Below are positions 62,901 to 64,000 of a DNA stretch of 64,000 bases, piece after piece (the stretch's first letter is position 1; the number at the start of each line of letters is the position of its first letter). The DNA is taken from contig JBKBRF010000013.1 of assembly GCA_046292385.1 (NCBI GenBank), positions 1-64,000 of the forward strand, given 5' to 3'. The DNA is from Armatimonadota bacterium. GTDB lineage: Bacteria; Armatimonadota; SYMT01. Below the pieces are notes generated by a model. That model was given only the letters and a program-made list of their open reading frames with translations, was not told the origin of the DNA and did not search any database. The translations under genes and the position numbers were made by a program.

Positions 62901-63060
62901 CGGCGTAGCTCTTCTCTACGTACAGCTTGTCCGCTTCCGCCAGCGTGGGGATCGCGTCCTGCGCGTACAGCCCCAGCGCCGGCCACCCGAAGACCAGCAG
63001 CGCCAACCCGAGCGCCGCTAGCAGCCGCGCCGCGAACCCGTGTACCGTCACCGTTCTCAT
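56911..63060 (-). CDS. Bacterial alpha-2-macroglobulin family protein with N-terminal TPR-like region
   Basis: Signal peptide, TDRAVYRPGQ, FRVEEYKKPE, PDNLTQW, thioester PYGCIEQ, QHDGGWGWW and AMYAP. Confidence 0.93.
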   Translation of the reverse strand: MRTVTVHGFAARLLAALGLALLVFGWPALGLYAQDAIPTLAEADKLYVEKSYAAALEGYLKLLEAKRVPAARQDEVEYRVVVSLGKTEKWDRALEAGLEFVKARRGTVWEPRGLYWLGRLYLGVPHHGWRVGEAVHRGADVPRGGGAAAEQVYLHQQDSRNAVDALEAARVLYPRFREAHRTGEEEIQLDFDLARQLPQDPSYYAWIQGQDWAPPADPQWKVDPAQDYSLEWLAPKKVLYLYRHARWLADRQDRPHSGAIALLGEAVWLQQYHQMMQSNARRYDGKKWVQIPYPYQDVKPTAPLEELVRQYPQDSLRDQAQFTLGMFREAEGEYKQAVAEYRKLIRELPQSKWTEDAKLRLQELLLRRINLTTAEPPAPGSAPVVTVGTRNAGQVHLELFKVELERPLTQPARLSDPETTFENFGRNFGELKTADRWYGPPVARWDVKTDDKGDYRWVNRKVTLPVKATGAYVLEATVPGARAATVVLVTDLVVVEKLERDRALFFATNRATGKPVANAEIVAKQWWSDNERHADSVRGKTDGNGLFSMPLRRAPNRRGFSVQALAWTGERYAVTQMLQSWWDHDNPEIYRTYSITDRAVYRPGQTVHYRQVAMRRVNGEWRPAAGQQLQVVVQDNTGSRMHELSETMNQFGSVSGSFTIPASARLGEYVIGATIPNISEQVQNYGGNRFRVEEYKKPEVEVTVKPTSDRVRLGETAAARIHAEYYFGGPVPNAKVTYRVYRNPHWVSYRFPRPFDFLYPYYGNGDYNLYYRNGEVVSQGEARTDAQGNAEISIKTEAPANQANSDFRYTIEAEVQDASRRVITGSGSVTATRQDVYAFLNFPHGYASKGDLLRVEVATIDPSETPVSVAGTAKVFRMREQEKGEERLVHQEPLTTDKEGRGYLEWRAEEGGHYEIRFETRDRAGQQVAGRTQVWVAGPELDAGRFLLQNVYLQVKELYYEQGQTAKVLLVTPEPDCTVLLTREANNQITEQRVVRVKGRSVELELPVTRNDVPNVYVTAMMVRDGRVHQSLTELFVPPVRELLKVAVQADREQYEPGQKARLQVKATDWQGRPVRAELALAVTDASLSYIQKDYAPDIRTYHYGERRSDAVPEGSSAGTVFYPGMEDTQPRGSFRTHEWLLPEGMGQVPDWPGPDRAGYYWHQRSVLGQIQNMAYYRDGDSMLGARGPAGPPGAFGGMGGFGGGMAAGRMMSAPAAPGMAMKAEAASRPNASPAPELPDGGLAEASLRTRLADTALWVPTLTTDAQGNATAEVVWPDNLTQWRLKSIGNTTSAQVGTDETSVRTKKDLLVRLQAPRFFVERDEVVVSGNIHNYLPQAQRVRVRLDLRDDTASMAPQGSAEPESWIEVPSGGEKRLDWRLRVAREGNLRIRLTAQTQTAADATELAFPVLVHGVERQLARSGVLRGERGGTASLPIALPRERKPGSSELVVQLNPSLAATMLDALPYLVEYPYGCIEQTVSRFIPAVLVRKTLADLGYDLEALEKRARELEEKARAGDAARPGGATVENSPYTYPKGRPGTIRVREMARYLRTAGSPVFNGAELQRLIGEGLDRIQGAQQHDGGWGWWPGQTSDPYMSSYVLYGLQVAKSAGVPVDPGVLERGMQFLAQRFPEEDNFHLLTYEARVLSMEPRYREAIRPITTGRLWENRERLTPYSRALLALALHGLGEQEKAEVMLRNLETTAKIDRENGTANWDQGRGGDWWRWYHNQVETNATVLQAYMAVRPDAELPPLMVKWLVNNRRGNFWHSTRETAWAVYALADYIRVNKELAPEYTVTVDLGGKIRREYTVTRENALFFDNQFVVPDELLETGEQPLTIRKDGPGALYFSAYTTYFSLEEPLRATGNEISVRRQYFRLVPGTAGGQPEAKPLDPKRPNPFLTGRYELLDDGGEWTGYRDVNLGPRYERVPLEDGATVTSGDLLEVELQLESKNEYDYLVFEDLKPSGCEAAEVRSGYRWEKGVGAYVEFRDTKVAFFLDRIRQGTSTLTYRLRAEVPGRFHTLPTNGYAMYAPDIRTLSDEMGLSIRDAE

Positions 63061-63205
63061 CGCCCACTCCCCGGCGGCCTCCCCGCCCTGAACGCCAGTA
63101 GGACGCGCGGACGATCACGTGGGTTACAGCTCGAGACGGTGAGACGGAGGGAGGTTCTCGGAAACAGGCAATGCCCCGAGAAGTCGCCTCCGGAGAGCGG
63201 GCCAC

Positions 63206-63586
63206 CTATCGTGAATCTGCGAGCAGCCGCTCGACCATGCCGGGAAGCAACTCCAGCACCTTCTCCGGCCGGAGGTAGGCGTCCACCCCCGCGGCCCACC
63301 CGATGATGTCCTCATCCTTCGGGTCGCGCGGGTCGAGGACCAGCGTCGGCACCGCGGCAAGCGGCCCGGCCATCCGCTGCCGCACCAGCTCCGCGAAGGG
63401 GCCGTTCCGCTCGCCTGGCGCTCCCAGCGCCTCCAGGTTGAGGATCAGCAGCACCGGGAGCAGCTCGGGATCGACCGGGAGCAGATCGGTGAAACGAAGC
63501 GCCAGCCCCCGCGCGTGCAGGCATTCACGCACGCCTTCCGGGAGAGGTCCTGCGACTGGAACGATGAGTGCATAGCCAGCGTCCAT
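63206..63586 (-). CDS. Receiver-like (pseudo-response regulator) protein
   Basis: C-terminal DIIGWAAGVDAYLRP resembles the receiver GAxDYxxKP motif. The acidic pocket is degenerate. Confidence 0.5.
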   Translation of the reverse strand: MDAGYALIVPVAGPLPEGVRECLHARGLALRFTDLLPVDPELLPVLLILNLEALGAPGERNGPFAELVRQRMAGPLAAVPTLVLDPRDPKDEDIIGWAAGVDAYLRPEKVLELLPGMVERLLADSR

Positions 63587-63692
63587 CGATAAGTCCCCCG
63601 GTGGTGCCCTCAGGGTGGAACGGCATGCTGCAGGAACGGAAAAGGGGAGCGGATCGCCCGCTCCCCCTCCAGTGCGCTGTTTCCCGACGGCG

Positions 63693-64000
63693 TCAGTTCC
63701 CGCCGAAAAGCAGGCTCAGGAACCCACCCGGACTCCCGCCGGCCGGCTCCTGCTCGTGGACGAACTCGATAAAGGCGAACGCCATCTCGTCGGTGGTCTG
63801 CTCCCCGAAGCGGACCAGCTTCGGCGGGTCGTTCGGGTTGCGCGGGTTGTCGCTGCTGTTGTCGAAGTAGGCGGTCATCTTGATCTTCGTCCCCTTCGGC
63901 ACCTTCTGCAGCTCGCGGTAGCGGTAGGTGTCCTGCCACCGGTAGTCCCAGTCCTTCACCCAGATCAGCGGCTTGCGGGTGCCGTCCGGGAGCTCCGCGG
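63693..64000 (-). CDS. C-terminal fragment of a copper type II ascorbate-dependent monooxygenase-like protein (runs off the window end)
   Basis: WDYRWQDTY...PKGT...AYFDNS..NP.NP..P...FGEQTTDEM. Confidence 0.8.
   Translation of the reverse strand, partial: AELPDGTRKPLIWVKDWDYRWQDTYRYRELQKVPKGTKIKMTAYFDNSSDNPRNPNDPPKLVRFGEQTTDEMAFAFIEFVHEQEPAGGSPGGFLSLLFGGN

Noticed and set aside
57757..63021. 1754-aa + strand ORF, and similar long ORFs at 13855-16254, 31245-32924, 37296-39635 and 48466-50808
   Set aside because: Antisense shadows of better-supported genes.

Overview
GC-rich bacterial window with about 50 CDS. The lineage is probably Armatimonadota or a similar Planctomycete-like group; this is inferred from DUF1559 prepilin/H-X9-DG genes, DUF1501 genes and DUF1549/1553 cytochrome genes. 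Housekeeping content includes fabD, sbcC, clpP-clpX-lon, thrB, a UDG-family gene, an ECF sigma/anti-sigma pair, a SigB/F-type sigma, an RsbU-like phosphatase, a STAS protein, a sugar ABC ATPase and an alpha-2-macroglobulin. I recognised no rRNA, tRNA, CRISPR array or transposase. Most notable observations: (1) Two otherwise divergent DUF1549/DUF1553 paralogs 20 kb apart carry an in-frame, repeat-built insert at the same codon, with a 97-nt core that is 91/97 identical, and related short-tandem-repeat elements sit in intergenic DNA, often beside a TCCGAAC motif. (2) A two-gene module of uncharacterised 'EARRTWG...AWLGAD' membrane proteins is triplicated, each unit led by a conserved 25-30 bp motif. 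(3) A mosaic tandem array of DUF1559 pilin-like genes has conserved promoters and UTR hairpins. (4) Five GTTT-N14-17-GGGTA promoters suggest a SigB-like regulon. (5) There are two candidate structured RNAs and a low-GC secreted MepA-like peptidase gene. All functional calls rest on motifs read by eye; no searches were run.
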